Assembly (NCBI GenBank): GCA_036770665.1
Contig: DAIPIS010000002.1
Span: 1,620-65,619, forward strand
Length of the DNA stretch: 64,000 nt
Direction of reading: 5' to 3'
Origin: Meridianimarinicoccus sp.
GTDB taxonomy: Bacteria; Pseudomonadota; Alphaproteobacteria; Rhodobacterales; Rhodobacteraceae
Both the position numbers and the translations under genes were made by a program. Shown piece by piece: positions 48,506-57,727 of the stretch. Under the pieces are notes generated by a model, which saw nothing but the letters and a program-made list of their open reading frames with translations, had not been told where the DNA came from and ran no database searches. Position 1 is the first letter of the stretch. Every line of letters starts with the position of its first letter.

Positions 48506-49625
48506 CTTGCATCCTTTGCAGAAGGGCGTCCACCGCCGCGCGGGCGGTTTCGGGCGCGTTGATGTGGTGGGGCATGCGCGCGACAGTGAAACCGCGCGCG
48601 GCAGCTTCCAGCGTTTCGGCCGCAATGGCGCGCAGGTCGGGGGCCTCGATCGCGCCGCCGGGCCGGTCTTCGTGGCTGAACCCGCCCATGGGCATGAGCA
48701 CATGGGTCGGGCCGCTGCCTGCGTTCAGCGCCGCGGCCAGCGCCGCGGCCTGCGCGGCCATTTCCGGCCCGGTCAGTGCGACATGGGTGAAGGCGGCGGT
48801 GTGGGCGTAATGGGGCCGCGCCCGATGGTCGGGCGACAGCGTGTCCAGCGCCCCCAGCCCGAGGAAGTTCAGGCCACCGGGGAGCACCACCCGCGGCAGC
48901 GCGCCACCGGCCGTGAAGCGGTCCGGCATCGGCACGCAGACCCCCGCAAGGCGCAGTCGCCCCAGTTCGTGCACCGTCAGGTCGATCAGCCCCGCGGCAC
49001 AGCCGTCCCGCACGAAGCGCACCATCGCGGCACCGCCATAGCCGTTGGCGTGGAACATGACCGGTTCCGCCCCGCGGTCAGCAAGCCCGCGCGCGATGGC
49101 CGTGGCGGCCACCCCGGTCGCCCCCAGACTGGACACCGCCACCGCCGGGCGGGTGGCGGCGGGCACGGCGCGCGCGCGGGTCAGGCCCGCCACCATGGCC
49201 GCGGTGGTTTCGAACACCTGCACCAGCATCGGGTGCGTCCCTTCGATGTCGCACAACGTCGGCACGAGGATCACGCCGCAATCGGCCAGCGGCGCGCGCG
49301 GATCGCTGGCAAGCGTCGTCACCAGCAGTTTCGGCAGCGCCGCGGGCAGGCCCCGCAGCACGGCCAGCGCCATTTCGGACCCGGTGCCACCGCCCAGACC
49401 GACCGCCGCGACGCATCCCCCGGCGCGCGCGCCCGCGTCCTCCACCGCGGTTGCGATGCGCTGCGCCATCGCCGCCAGCTTGGCCGCACCCGCCAGCCCC
49501 GTTCCCCCCGCGCCGAGCGAGATGTCCACGGGATCGACGGTCAGACCATGGGCGCGCAGGGCCGCGGCGAGCGCGGCAAGTTCCCGTTCCTTGGTCTCGG
49601 CCGTGCCGATCAGCAGGACGCGCAC
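48498..49625 (-). CDS. Tm-1-like ATP-binding domain protein (UPF0261)
   Basis: LLIGTAETK, GLGGGTG, LPKLLVTT, DIEG, LGAT, FHANGYGG..M, DLT..E, P.GGFS, HINAPE. Confidence 0.85.
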   Translation of the reverse strand: MRVLLIGTAETKERELAALAAALRAHGLTVDPVDISLGAGGTGLAGAAKLAAMAQRIATAVEDAGARAGGCVAAVGLGGGTGSEMALAVLRGLPAALPKLLVTTLASDPRAPLADCGVILVPTLCDIEGTHPMLVQVFETTAAMVAGLTRARAVPAATRPAVAVSSLGATGVAATAIARGLADRGAEPVMFHANGYGGAAMVRFVRDGCAAGLIDLTVHELGRLRLAGVCVPMPDRFTAGGALPRVVLPGGLNFLGLGALDTLSPDHRARPHYAHTAAFTHVALTGPEMAAQAAALAAALNAGSGPTHVLMPMGGFSHEDRPGGAIEAPDLRAIAAETLEAAARGFTVARMPHHINAPETARAAVDALLQRMQDG

Positions 49626-49632
49626 GACCCGG

Positions 49633-50568
49633 TCAGCCCTTCACCGCGCCCGCGGTCATGCCGGTGATGATCTGGCGCGACGCGAACAGCGTGAACAGGA
49701 TCGGTGGCACCGCCAGCAGCATGCCGGTGGCAAAGATCGTCCCCAGCCCGTCGAATTCGCTGGCGTTGTTCACGATCAGGATCGGCACCGTCATCGTGTC
49801 CCGGTCCGCCAGCGCCGACGCCAGCAGATATTCGTTCCACGCGATGCGGAAGGTGAAGATCGCCGCCGCCGCCAGTCCAGGCTTGATCAGCGGCAGCACC
49901 ACCAGAAAGAAGGTCTGGAACGGCCCCGCGCCATCGACCCGCGCGGCTTCTTCAAGGCTGTAGGGCACCTGCACGATGAAGCTTTGCAGGATCCAGATCA
50001 CGAAGGGCAGGTTCATCGCCACGTAGATCAGGATGATGCCCGAATGGGTGCCCGCAAGGCACACGTCGCCGCGACCGCCGAAATTCGCCCGGATCCACGC
50101 GCCGATGCCATAGTCGTTGTCCAGACAGAAGGCGTTGTTCCACAGCCCGAAGACCGGGACCAGCAGCACCGCGGGCGGGATCATCCGCACCGCCAGCGTG
50201 GACAGGGACATGCTGTCCCGTCCCATGAACCGGAACCGCACCAGCGCATAGGCGGCCATGCACCCGAACACGAGCGTCAGTGCCGTGGACACCAGTGCGA
50301 TGATGATCGAGTTCACGAAGGCCCCGCCGAACCGGATCTGGCAGAACCGCAGGTGTTCCGGTTCGTACCACAGGATATCGCAGAGCGCGGTTTCATAATT
50401 GCGGATCGTGGGCATGAACAGCAGGCCGCCGGTGCCGCTGGTGATGTCCACGTCCAGTTTCAGCGAATTGGCCAGCAGCAGCAGGACCGGACCCACCGAC
50501 ATGAAGATCAGCACCGCGATCAGGGCGAAGAAGGCCGCGTTCTGGCGGTCCTGTGTGCGGTCGGTCAT
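49633..50568 (-). CDS. Carbohydrate ABC transporter permease (MalG-like)
   Basis: NSIIIA, RMIPP, EEAARVDGA EAA loop, WNEY, GMTAGAVKG. Confidence 0.93.
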   Translation of the reverse strand: MTDRTQDRQNAAFFALIAVLIFMSVGPVLLLLANSLKLDVDITSGTGGLLFMPTIRNYETALCDILWYEPEHLRFCQIRFGGAFVNSIIIALVSTALTLVFGCMAAYALVRFRFMGRDSMSLSTLAVRMIPPAVLLVPVFGLWNNAFCLDNDYGIGAWIRANFGGRGDVCLAGTHSGIILIYVAMNLPFVIWILQSFIVQVPYSLEEAARVDGAGPFQTFFLVVLPLIKPGLAAAAIFTFRIAWNEYLLASALADRDTMTVPILIVNNASEFDGLGTIFATGMLLAVPPILFTLFASRQIITGMTAGAVKG

Positions 50569-51482
50569 TGGTCGTCCTCTGCCGTTGCGGCGTATCTCTG
50601 GCGGCGGGCGCGGGCATCCTGCCAGCGGGTCAGCGCGAACATGCCCAATGTCAGCGCCATCAGGAGGATCAGCAGCAGATTCGACATGGCCGCCGCTTCG
50701 CCAAGGTCGCGGAATTCCCGCGCGGTGCGGGCGATGCGCAGCGCGAGGATCTCGGTCGACAGGCCCGGCCCGCCGCCGGTGAGCACAAGGATCACCTCCA
50801 GCACCTTGAAGGCGTCGATCAGGCGCAACAGCATCGTCACGATCAGCACCGGTGCCATCAGCGGCAGCTTGATGTGCCAGATCTGCTGCCACGCGGTCGC
50901 GCCGTCGATCCGCGCGGCCTCCAATGCCGACCGGGGCAGCGATTGCAGCGCCGCGAGCGACAGGATGAAGATGAAGGGCGTCCACTGCCAGATGTCCGCG
51001 ATGATGACCGAAAGAAGCGGGTTCTGGCCCAGCCAGTCCACCGGTGGCAGGCCGACCGCATCAAGCGCGCGGTTGAACGTGCCATAGGTCTGGTGGAACA
51101 TGTACCGCCACACCAACCCCACCACCACGGGCGCGATCATCATGGGCAGGATGAACAGCGTCCGCAGCACGGACATGCCGCGGATGTTGCGGTCGAGAAG
51201 CAACGCAAGCCCGACCCCCAGCAGCATTTCGACGCTGACCACGGACACGGCGAACACCAGCGTGACCCGGAAGCTTTCGTGGAACGCGGGGTCCGCCATC
51301 AGCCGCGCGTAATTGGCCAGCCCCACGAAGTCGGTCTCGCCCAGACTCTGGCTGGGATCCCAGTCGCGGAAGCTGCCCCAGACCATGTAGACGATCGGGT
51401 AGAACAGCGCGAGCATCATCACCAGCGCGGCGGGCGCCATGAACAGGTAGGGTGTCAGACGGTTCGCGGACAGGCGTGTCAC
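50565..51482 (-). CDS. Carbohydrate ABC transporter permease (MalF-like)
   Basis: FVGLANY, LPMMIAPVV, DIWQWTPF, EAARIDGA, TGGGPG. Confidence 0.93.
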   Translation of the reverse strand: MTRLSANRLTPYLFMAPAALVMMLALFYPIVYMVWGSFRDWDPSQSLGETDFVGLANYARLMADPAFHESFRVTLVFAVSVVSVEMLLGVGLALLLDRNIRGMSVLRTLFILPMMIAPVVVGLVWRYMFHQTYGTFNRALDAVGLPPVDWLGQNPLLSVIIADIWQWTPFIFILSLAALQSLPRSALEAARIDGATAWQQIWHIKLPLMAPVLIVTMLLRLIDAFKVLEVILVLTGGGPGLSTEILALRIARTAREFRDLGEAAAMSNLLLILLMALTLGMFALTRWQDARARRQRYAATAEDDQ

Positions 51483-51560
51483 GGCGGCGTTTCCCTTCGG
51501 CGCGGGGCACGGGCCCGCCCCGCTGCGCGGGACGGGCCCTGGATCAGGTCCGGGCGCGGA

Positions 51561-52892
51561 TCACTCCTGCCAGATGTAATAGCCTTCCTCGGCCATCAGC
51601 GCGCGGGTGCGTTCGGCGATGCCGTCGAGGGCTGCCTGGATCTCCAGCCCTTCGGTCAGGACCTGGCTCATGGTGGTGCCGATATCGGCGTTGATCCGGC
51701 CCCACGCGGGGATGATCGGACGCCAGTCCGGGTCGGCATGCTGCAGCGCCTCGCCGAACGCAGCCGACCACGGGTAGCGCGCGTTCAGATCGCCATCCGC
51801 ATAGGTCGAAAAGCGCGACGGGTTGCCGCCCGCCATGGCCACGGCCAGATCGCCCTCCTTGGAGGTCAGCCATTGCATCAGCAGAAAGGCCGCCTCGGGG
51901 TGTTCCGCGTTGCGCGGGATCGCGAGCCCGAAGCCGCCGGTCTGGCTGCCGCGGCGCACGCCCATGGGGTGCATTGCATAGCCGACCTTGCCCACGACCG
52001 TGCTGCGCGCGGGATCCTGGAAATCGGCGGCGAAGGCGATGCTGTCGAGAAACATCGCCGCCTGCCCCTGGGCAAAGGCATTGGCGGCCTCGCCCGGCCC
52101 GAAGGCGGAAGACCCCTCCGGCCCGCAATCGACGATGCGCTCCAACGCCTCGGCGGCGGCGACGCCGGCCGCGTTGTTGATGATCGGGTTCCAGCTTTCG
52201 TCGAAGACGCGTCCGCCCAAGGGCGCGAGGTGCAACAGGAACGCATGCGCCGCCTGATGCCCGGACGCCGCGCGGCTGGCCACACCCCCCATGCCCGGTT
52301 CCAGTTCGGGGATGCGGCAGGCAAGCTCCAGCAGGTCCTCGTAGGTCTCCGGCGGGGTCAGCCCGTGCTTTTCGAAGATGTCGGTCCGATAGAACAGGAC
52401 CGAGGTTTCCGACCCGAAGGGCAGCCCGAACAGCGACCCGGTCGGTCCCGGCAGATAGCCCTTTTCGCCGCCCGCCACGCCGATGTTCTGGACGTAGCCG
52501 TCGATCAGGTCCGCCGCGTCATAGGTCGGATCGGCCAGCCGCGGGTTCATGAAGAACCGCGCGAGGTTCTCGATCTGGTCGGCATAGACATAATCGGCCT
52601 TGGAGAACACCACATAGGCGATCAGGTCATAGGCCCCTTCGTCCAGTGCCAGTTCCAGCGTCTGGCGTTCGCGCATGTCGAGATAGGGGAGCATGTCCAC
52701 CTCCACCTCGATCCCGGTCTGGGCGGTGAATTCCGGCAGCACAGCCATCACCGCGTTGTAATGCGGGTGCGACGGGAAGTTCACCACCAACGTGGTGCCG
52801 GCATAGGGCGCATAGGGACTGTCCTGCGCCACGGCGGTGCCGGCGAGCAGCATCGCCCCCGCGATGGTCGTTGTCCTCAGGGTCTTGAGCAT
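51561..52892 (-). CDS. Carbohydrate ABC transporter substrate-binding protein
   Basis: Signal peptide, EF..TGIEV, LFYRTD, P.TYEDL, AFAQGQAAM, GGFGLAI. Confidence 0.9.
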   Translation of the reverse strand: MLKTLRTTTIAGAMLLAGTAVAQDSPYAPYAGTTLVVNFPSHPHYNAVMAVLPEFTAQTGIEVEVDMLPYLDMRERQTLELALDEGAYDLIAYVVFSKADYVYADQIENLARFFMNPRLADPTYDAADLIDGYVQNIGVAGGEKGYLPGPTGSLFGLPFGSETSVLFYRTDIFEKHGLTPPETYEDLLELACRIPELEPGMGGVASRAASGHQAAHAFLLHLAPLGGRVFDESWNPIINNAAGVAAAEALERIVDCGPEGSSAFGPGEAANAFAQGQAAMFLDSIAFAADFQDPARSTVVGKVGYAMHPMGVRRGSQTGGFGLAIPRNAEHPEAAFLLMQWLTSKEGDLAVAMAGGNPSRFSTYADGDLNARYPWSAAFGEALQHADPDWRPIIPAWGRINADIGTTMSQVLTEGLEIQAALDGIAERTRALMAEEGYYIWQE

Positions 52893-52985
52893 TTCCGTTT
52901 CCTCCCAGGTTGTGACGTGGCTGGCGGCCTTGCAGCGCCGCTTCGGTGCCCACGGCGCTGCTGCGCCGGATCTTTGTCGGCGGCG

Positions 52986-54074
52986 TTACAGCGCCGCTTC
53001 GGTTGTCGGGTCGAACAGGTGCATCGCGTCGGCCCGCACGGCAAAGCGCAGCGTTTCCCCGATGGCGATGGGCGTTTCGGACTTGAGCTCGACGGTGATG
53101 CGCGCCCCGCCGCAATCGCAGATCAGCACGGATTGCGCGCCGACGTATTCGGACACGATCACGGCAAGGTCGATGGCAGCACCCGGCACGGCATTGGGCG
53201 CATATTCGAGATCCGAAGGCCGGATCCCCAGCGTGACGGCCCGCAAGGCTCGCGCCTGGGCGCGGTTGGCCAGATCACCCGGCAGCCGCAGCGCGAATCC
53301 CGGCCCGCGCGCGACGGTGTGGCCCGCATCCTCCACCAGTTCGGCCGCGAGGAAATTCATCGGCGGCGCACCCAGGAACCCGGCGACGAACTGGTTGACC
53401 GGGTGGCGGAACAGCTCCGCCGGGGTGCCCTGCTGCTGGATGCGCCCGCCGTGCATCACGACGATCCGGTCCGCGAGCGTCATCGCCTCGATCTGGTCAT
53501 GGGTGACGTAGATCATGTTCTTCTTCACGGTCTGGCGCATCACCGCCAGTTCCGCGCGCATCTGCCCGCGCAGCTTCGCGTCGAGATTGGAAAGGGGTTC
53601 GTCGAACAGGAAGGTCGAGGCGTCGCGGCACAGCGCGCGCCCCATCGCCACGCGTTGCCGCTGCCCGCCCGACAATTCGCCCGGCTTGCGGTCCAGATAG
53701 GGCGCGAGGCCCAGCATCTCGGCCACGGCGCGCACGCGGGTGTCGATCTCCGCCGCCGGACGCTTTTGCAGCCGCAGCGAAAACGACATGTTCCGCGCCA
53801 CGTTCATGTGCGGGTAAAGCGCGTAGTCCTGGAACACCATCGCGATGTCGCGATCCTTGGGATCGAGCCCGCCCACCGCCCGGTCGCCCATCCAGATCTC
53901 GCCTTGGGATATGCTTTCCAGCCCGGCGATCATGCGCAGCGTGGTGGATTTCCCGCAGCCGGACGGCCCGACGAGCACGGTGAATTCGTGCTCGGCCATG
54001 TCGAGGTCGATGCCGTGCAGCACCTCGACCGCGCCATAGCGCTTGACCAGCCCGTCGAGACGAATCCGCGGCAT
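52986..54074 (-). CDS. Carbohydrate ABC transporter ATPase (MalK/UgpC-like)
   Basis: GPSGCGKST, VFQDYALYPHM, LSGGQRQRVAMGR, DEPLSNLD, YVTHDQ. Confidence 0.95.
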   Translation of the reverse strand: MPRIRLDGLVKRYGAVEVLHGIDLDMAEHEFTVLVGPSGCGKSTTLRMIAGLESISQGEIWMGDRAVGGLDPKDRDIAMVFQDYALYPHMNVARNMSFSLRLQKRPAAEIDTRVRAVAEMLGLAPYLDRKPGELSGGQRQRVAMGRALCRDASTFLFDEPLSNLDAKLRGQMRAELAVMRQTVKKNMIYVTHDQIEAMTLADRIVVMHGGRIQQQGTPAELFRHPVNQFVAGFLGAPPMNFLAAELVEDAGHTVARGPGFALRLPGDLANRAQARALRAVTLGIRPSDLEYAPNAVPGAAIDLAVIVSEYVGAQSVLICDCGGARITVELKSETPIAIGETLRFAVRADAMHLFDPTTEAAL

Positions 54075-54103
54075 GGAATCCCTTTCCTCTCCCTGCGCCG
54101 ACT

Positions 54104-54120
54104 TTTCTGTATGCAAAGAT
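54104..54120. promoter_or_regulatory. Putative GntR operator, copy 1
   Basis: TTTCTGTATGCAAAGAT, identical to 54905-54921; lies between the ABC operon and gntR starts. Confidence 0.7.
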
Positions 54121-54200
54121 GAAAGTAAATATCCAAAATTGCGGTGCGCCGCGAAAACTGCTATGCGCTCGGCAGGACAGGACGACACGAAGGCAAGGGC

Positions 54201-54866
54201 ATGACCGACAGCACACCGCAACAGGGCGCACGCGGCAGCACCGTGGCGCGGATCGAGGCGGCGTTGATGGACGACATCGCGACGGGCGCGCTGCCCCCCG
54301 GCGCACGGCTGGACGAAGTGACGCTGACCGAACGCTTCGGCGTGTCCCGCACCCCGGTCCGCGAAGCGCTGGGGCGGCTGACCGCCCAGGGGATTCTCGA
54401 ACCCGGTGAAAAGCGCGGCGTGCGGGTTGCCCGGCTTTCGCGCGAGGAACTTTCCTATATCTTTGAAACAATGCACGAAATCGAAGCCGCCTGCGCCCGC
54501 ATCGCGGCCCAGCGGCTGACGCTTTTGTCCAGGTCCGAAATCGAATCGGCGCAGGCCGATTGCGTCGCCGCCGCGGCCGCGGGAAACATCCCCGCATACC
54601 TGCGTGCCAACGAGGCGTTTCATCACGCGATCTACCGCGCGACCGGCAACCCCTATATGGCGGGCCTCGCCGCGGATTTCCGCCGTCGCACCGGCCCGTT
54701 CCGGGCGCGCAAGTTCGCGACGCAGGACGATCTCGTCGCGTCCGCCCGCAGCCACGAAGACCTGCTGAAAGGGATATTTTCCGAGGATTCGCGCACTGCG
54801 GCCGAAGGCATGCGCGCCCACATGACAGCCAGTTTCCTGCAGACTCTGGCCGCCTATCCGGTCTGA
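54201..54866 (+). CDS. GntR family regulator (FCD type)
   Basis: GALPPGARLDE..L.ERFGVSRTPVREAL; NEAFH, SH FCD motifs. Confidence 0.92.
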   Translation: MTDSTPQQGARGSTVARIEAALMDDIATGALPPGARLDEVTLTERFGVSRTPVREALGRLTAQGILEPGEKRGVRVARLSREELSYIFETMHEIEAACARIAAQRLTLLSRSEIESAQADCVAAAAAGNIPAYLRANEAFHHAIYRATGNPYMAGLAADFRRRTGPFRARKFATQDDLVASARSHEDLLKGIFSEDSRTAAEGMRAHMTASFLQTLAAYPV

Positions 54867-54904
54867 TCCGCAACTTCGCGGTTGCATCTGCACGCAAATT
54901 ACCA

Positions 54905-54921
54905 TTTCTGTATGCAAAGAT
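54905..54921. promoter_or_regulatory. Putative GntR operator, copy 2
   Basis: TTTCTGTATGCAAAGAT, 23 nt upstream of the MBL gene start. Confidence 0.7.
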
Positions 54922-54944
54922 TCAGCCGCGCGGGGGAGCACAGC

Positions 54945-55880
54945 ATGGGCGTTCAGGAAACCCGGATCTATCCGATCAACACTGGATGGCTCGAAGCCGA
55001 TCTGGGCACCTACATCTTCTGGAAAGGGCCCGCGGGCCGGAAATACTGGAACCCGGTCTATTGCCACTATGTGGACACGGGCGCGCACAAGATCCTGATC
55101 GACACCGGCCTGTGCGATGCCGAACGCGCGTCGAAATATCACCACAAATGCGACAAGCGCGGCTGCCTGCAGGTGCATGAGCATCTCGAACAGAAGCTGG
55201 GCGTGCGCCCCGACGAGATCGACGCGATCGTCTTCACCCATCTGCACTGGGACCATGTGCAGAACATGAAGATGTTCCCCAACGCCCGCTACATCGCCCC
55301 CAAGGCCGAGATCGAAATGGCCTACAACCCCCTGCCGCTCTATTACCGGACCTACGAATCCGGCTTCCTCGGGATCGAACCGGCCTATGCAGGCTGCGTC
55401 TTCGAAGCCGTCGCCGACGAATGCGAAGTCCTGCCGGGGATCACCATGTTCCCGACGCCGGGCCATTCGGTCGGGCACATGGCGGTCAGCGTGGCCACGT
55501 CCATGGGCGATATCGTGGTCGCCGGCGACGCGATCTTCGTGGAACGCAACCTTGACCCCAACCCGGCCGAAGGCTGGCGCTACTGGGTGCCCGCACGGTT
55601 CGTGAACAGCTTCGATGGCTGGAAATCGGTGGAGGAGATCGACAAGCGCGCCGATTACGTCCTGCCCTGCCACGACGACGCCGCGAACGCCCGGTCGGAC
55701 GTGTTCCCCTATCCCGGCATGCCGCTGCGCCAGCGCCGTCAGGTCATCCCCGGCTTCCAGTTCTATTTCGGCGACATGCCCCACGGCACGGCAGGCCGCG
55801 CAGCCCCCGCGATGACCCGCGCCGAGGCCGCGGCCTATCTTGCCGGTCTGGTCGATCCCAGGGACATGGCCGAGGACTGA
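54945..55880 (+). CDS. Metallo-beta-lactamase-fold hydrolase, N-acyl-homoserine-lactonase-like
   Basis: LIDTG, THLHWDH (HxHxDH), TPGHS.GH, AGDA, PCHD. Confidence 0.85.
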   Translation: MGVQETRIYPINTGWLEADLGTYIFWKGPAGRKYWNPVYCHYVDTGAHKILIDTGLCDAERASKYHHKCDKRGCLQVHEHLEQKLGVRPDEIDAIVFTHLHWDHVQNMKMFPNARYIAPKAEIEMAYNPLPLYYRTYESGFLGIEPAYAGCVFEAVADECEVLPGITMFPTPGHSVGHMAVSVATSMGDIVVAGDAIFVERNLDPNPAEGWRYWVPARFVNSFDGWKSVEEIDKRADYVLPCHDDAANARSDVFPYPGMPLRQRRQVIPGFQFYFGDMPHGTAGRAAPAMTRAEAAAYLAGLVDPRDMAED

Positions 55881-55883
55881 ACC

Positions 55884-56732
55884 GTGGTGCGCCACCTCGA
55901 CAGTCTCGACGCGGTGGCGGGCGATGTGGGCGCGGTCGTTCTCGACCAGTTCGGCGTTCTGCATGACGGAACGGCCCCCTATTCCGGGGCCGTGCGCGCG
56001 CTGGACCGGCTTGGCGCGGCAGGGGTACGGCTTGCGGTGCTGACCAATTCGGGGAAGCGCGCCGCACCGAATGCCGCGCGCATCGCCGCGATGGGCTTTG
56101 CGGGCATCCGGTTCGACACCGTGATGACCTCGGGCGAGGCGCTGTGGCAGGACATCGCGGCGGGGCGCGTGGCGGGCGGCGTCATGTGCGCGATCGAACG
56201 CGCGCCGGGCGACGCGGCGGACTGGGCCGTGGGGCTGGACGTGGCGCTGACCGACGATGCCGCCCGCGCCGATGCCGTTCTGCTGATGGGTCTGCCGGAC
56301 GGGGCGGATACCGCCGCACCGCACGCCGTTCTGGACGTGGCCCGCACGCGGGGCATCCCGGTGCTGTGCACCAATCCCGATCGCGCGGCCCCGCGGGCGG
56401 GCGGTGTCACCGTCACCTCGCCCGGCGCCCTGGCCCATGCCCATGCCGCGGCGGGCGGCACGGTGCGCTTCTACGGCAAGCCGCACGCCCCGGTGTTCCG
56501 GGCGGTCGAAACCGCGCTCGGGCTGCCGCCGGACCGGTTGCTGATGGTGGGCGACAGCTTTGAGCACGACATCGCGGGCGCGCACGCGGCAGGCTGGCGG
56601 GCGGCCTTCGTCATGGGCGGGCTGCACGCCGCCGACTTCGCCCCGCCCGCACCCGTGGCCACCGTGCTGACACGCCTTGCCGCCGCGGTATCCGCCCCGC
56701 TGCCCGACTTCACCCTTTCGGAGCTTCGCTGA
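55884..56732 (+). CDS. HAD-IIA family phosphatase
   Basis: LDQFGVLHDG, LTNSGKR, CTNPD, GKPH, MVGDS..HDI.GA. Confidence 0.88.
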   Translation: MVRHLDSLDAVAGDVGAVVLDQFGVLHDGTAPYSGAVRALDRLGAAGVRLAVLTNSGKRAAPNAARIAAMGFAGIRFDTVMTSGEALWQDIAAGRVAGGVMCAIERAPGDAADWAVGLDVALTDDAARADAVLLMGLPDGADTAAPHAVLDVARTRGIPVLCTNPDRAAPRAGGVTVTSPGALAHAHAAAGGTVRFYGKPHAPVFRAVETALGLPPDRLLMVGDSFEHDIAGAHAAGWRAAFVMGGLHAADFAPPAPVATVLTRLAAAVSAPLPDFTLSELR

Positions 56733-56734
56733 CC

Positions 56735-57727
56735 ATGGCCCAGACCGCGACCCCTGCCCCCCGACTGCCCCCCGACTTCTCGCGCTTCCGCGCGTTTTCA
56801 GCGCGGCTGGGGCGCGATCCGCTGCGGGTGCAGGGACCGGGGGGGAACACGTCGATCAAGGATGGCGATGTCCTGTGGATCAAGGCGTCGGGCACCGAAC
56901 TGGCCCATGCTGCCACGCGCACCATCTTCGTCGCCGTCGATCTGGCCGCCGCGCGGGCCGAAGCGGCGGGCCGCGCGGGCGACGGCAGTTGCAAGGCCAC
57001 GGTCCTCGACCCCGCACAGACACTGCGCCCGTCGATCGAGACGACGTTTCACGCGGCACTCGACTGGCCGGTGGTGGCCCATACCCATTCCATCGCCGCG
57101 CTGACCCATGCCATCGCCCCCGAAGGCCGGGACGCCGCCGCCGGAAAACTGTCCGGGCTCGCCGCGGTGATCGTGCCCTACGCCAAGCCCGGCCTGCCGC
57201 TCACGCGGGAAATCATGGCGCGGGTGCAGCCCGATACCCGCGTGATCCTGCTGGCCAATCACGGGCTGATCGTGTGCGGCGCAACCGTGGAAGACACCGC
57301 TGCCCTGATGGACGACGTGGAAGCCCGGCTGGCCCTGCCCGCGCGCAACCCCACCGCCACCAGGACTGTCACGGCCCCGCCCGACGGCTTCGACTGGGCC
57401 GACGAAGGCTGGATCGCCCGCGACGCCCGTGCCGTCACGCTGGTGCAGGCCGGGTCCTATTACCCGGATCATGTGGTGTTTCTGGGCCCGGCCCTGCCGC
57501 TGGCGGATCACGCCGGATCGCCACCCGCGATTCTGCGGCCCGGCGCGGGCATCGCCCTGCGCCACGGGGCGACGCCATCCCAGCGCGCGATGCTGCGCTG
57601 CCTTGCCGATGTGCTGGCGCGCCTGCCCGGTGACTGGACACCCCAGCCCATCGGTGCGGAGGCTGAAGCCGCGCTTCTGGATTGGGACGCCGAGAAGTAC
57701 CGGCAGGCCCTCGCCGCGCGCCCATGA
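56735..57727 (+). CDS. Class II aldolase/adducin family protein (RhaD-like N-domain)
   Basis: GGNTSIK, IKASG, RPSIETTFH, HTHS, PY..PG, LANHGL, YPDHVVF. Confidence 0.85.
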   Translation: MAQTATPAPRLPPDFSRFRAFSARLGRDPLRVQGPGGNTSIKDGDVLWIKASGTELAHAATRTIFVAVDLAAARAEAAGRAGDGSCKATVLDPAQTLRPSIETTFHAALDWPVVAHTHSIAALTHAIAPEGRDAAAGKLSGLAAVIVPYAKPGLPLTREIMARVQPDTRVILLANHGLIVCGATVEDTAALMDDVEARLALPARNPTATRTVTAPPDGFDWADEGWIARDARAVTLVQAGSYYPDHVVFLGPALPLADHAGSPPAILRPGAGIALRHGATPSQRAMLRCLADVLARLPGDWTPQPIGAEAEAALLDWDAEKYRQALAARP

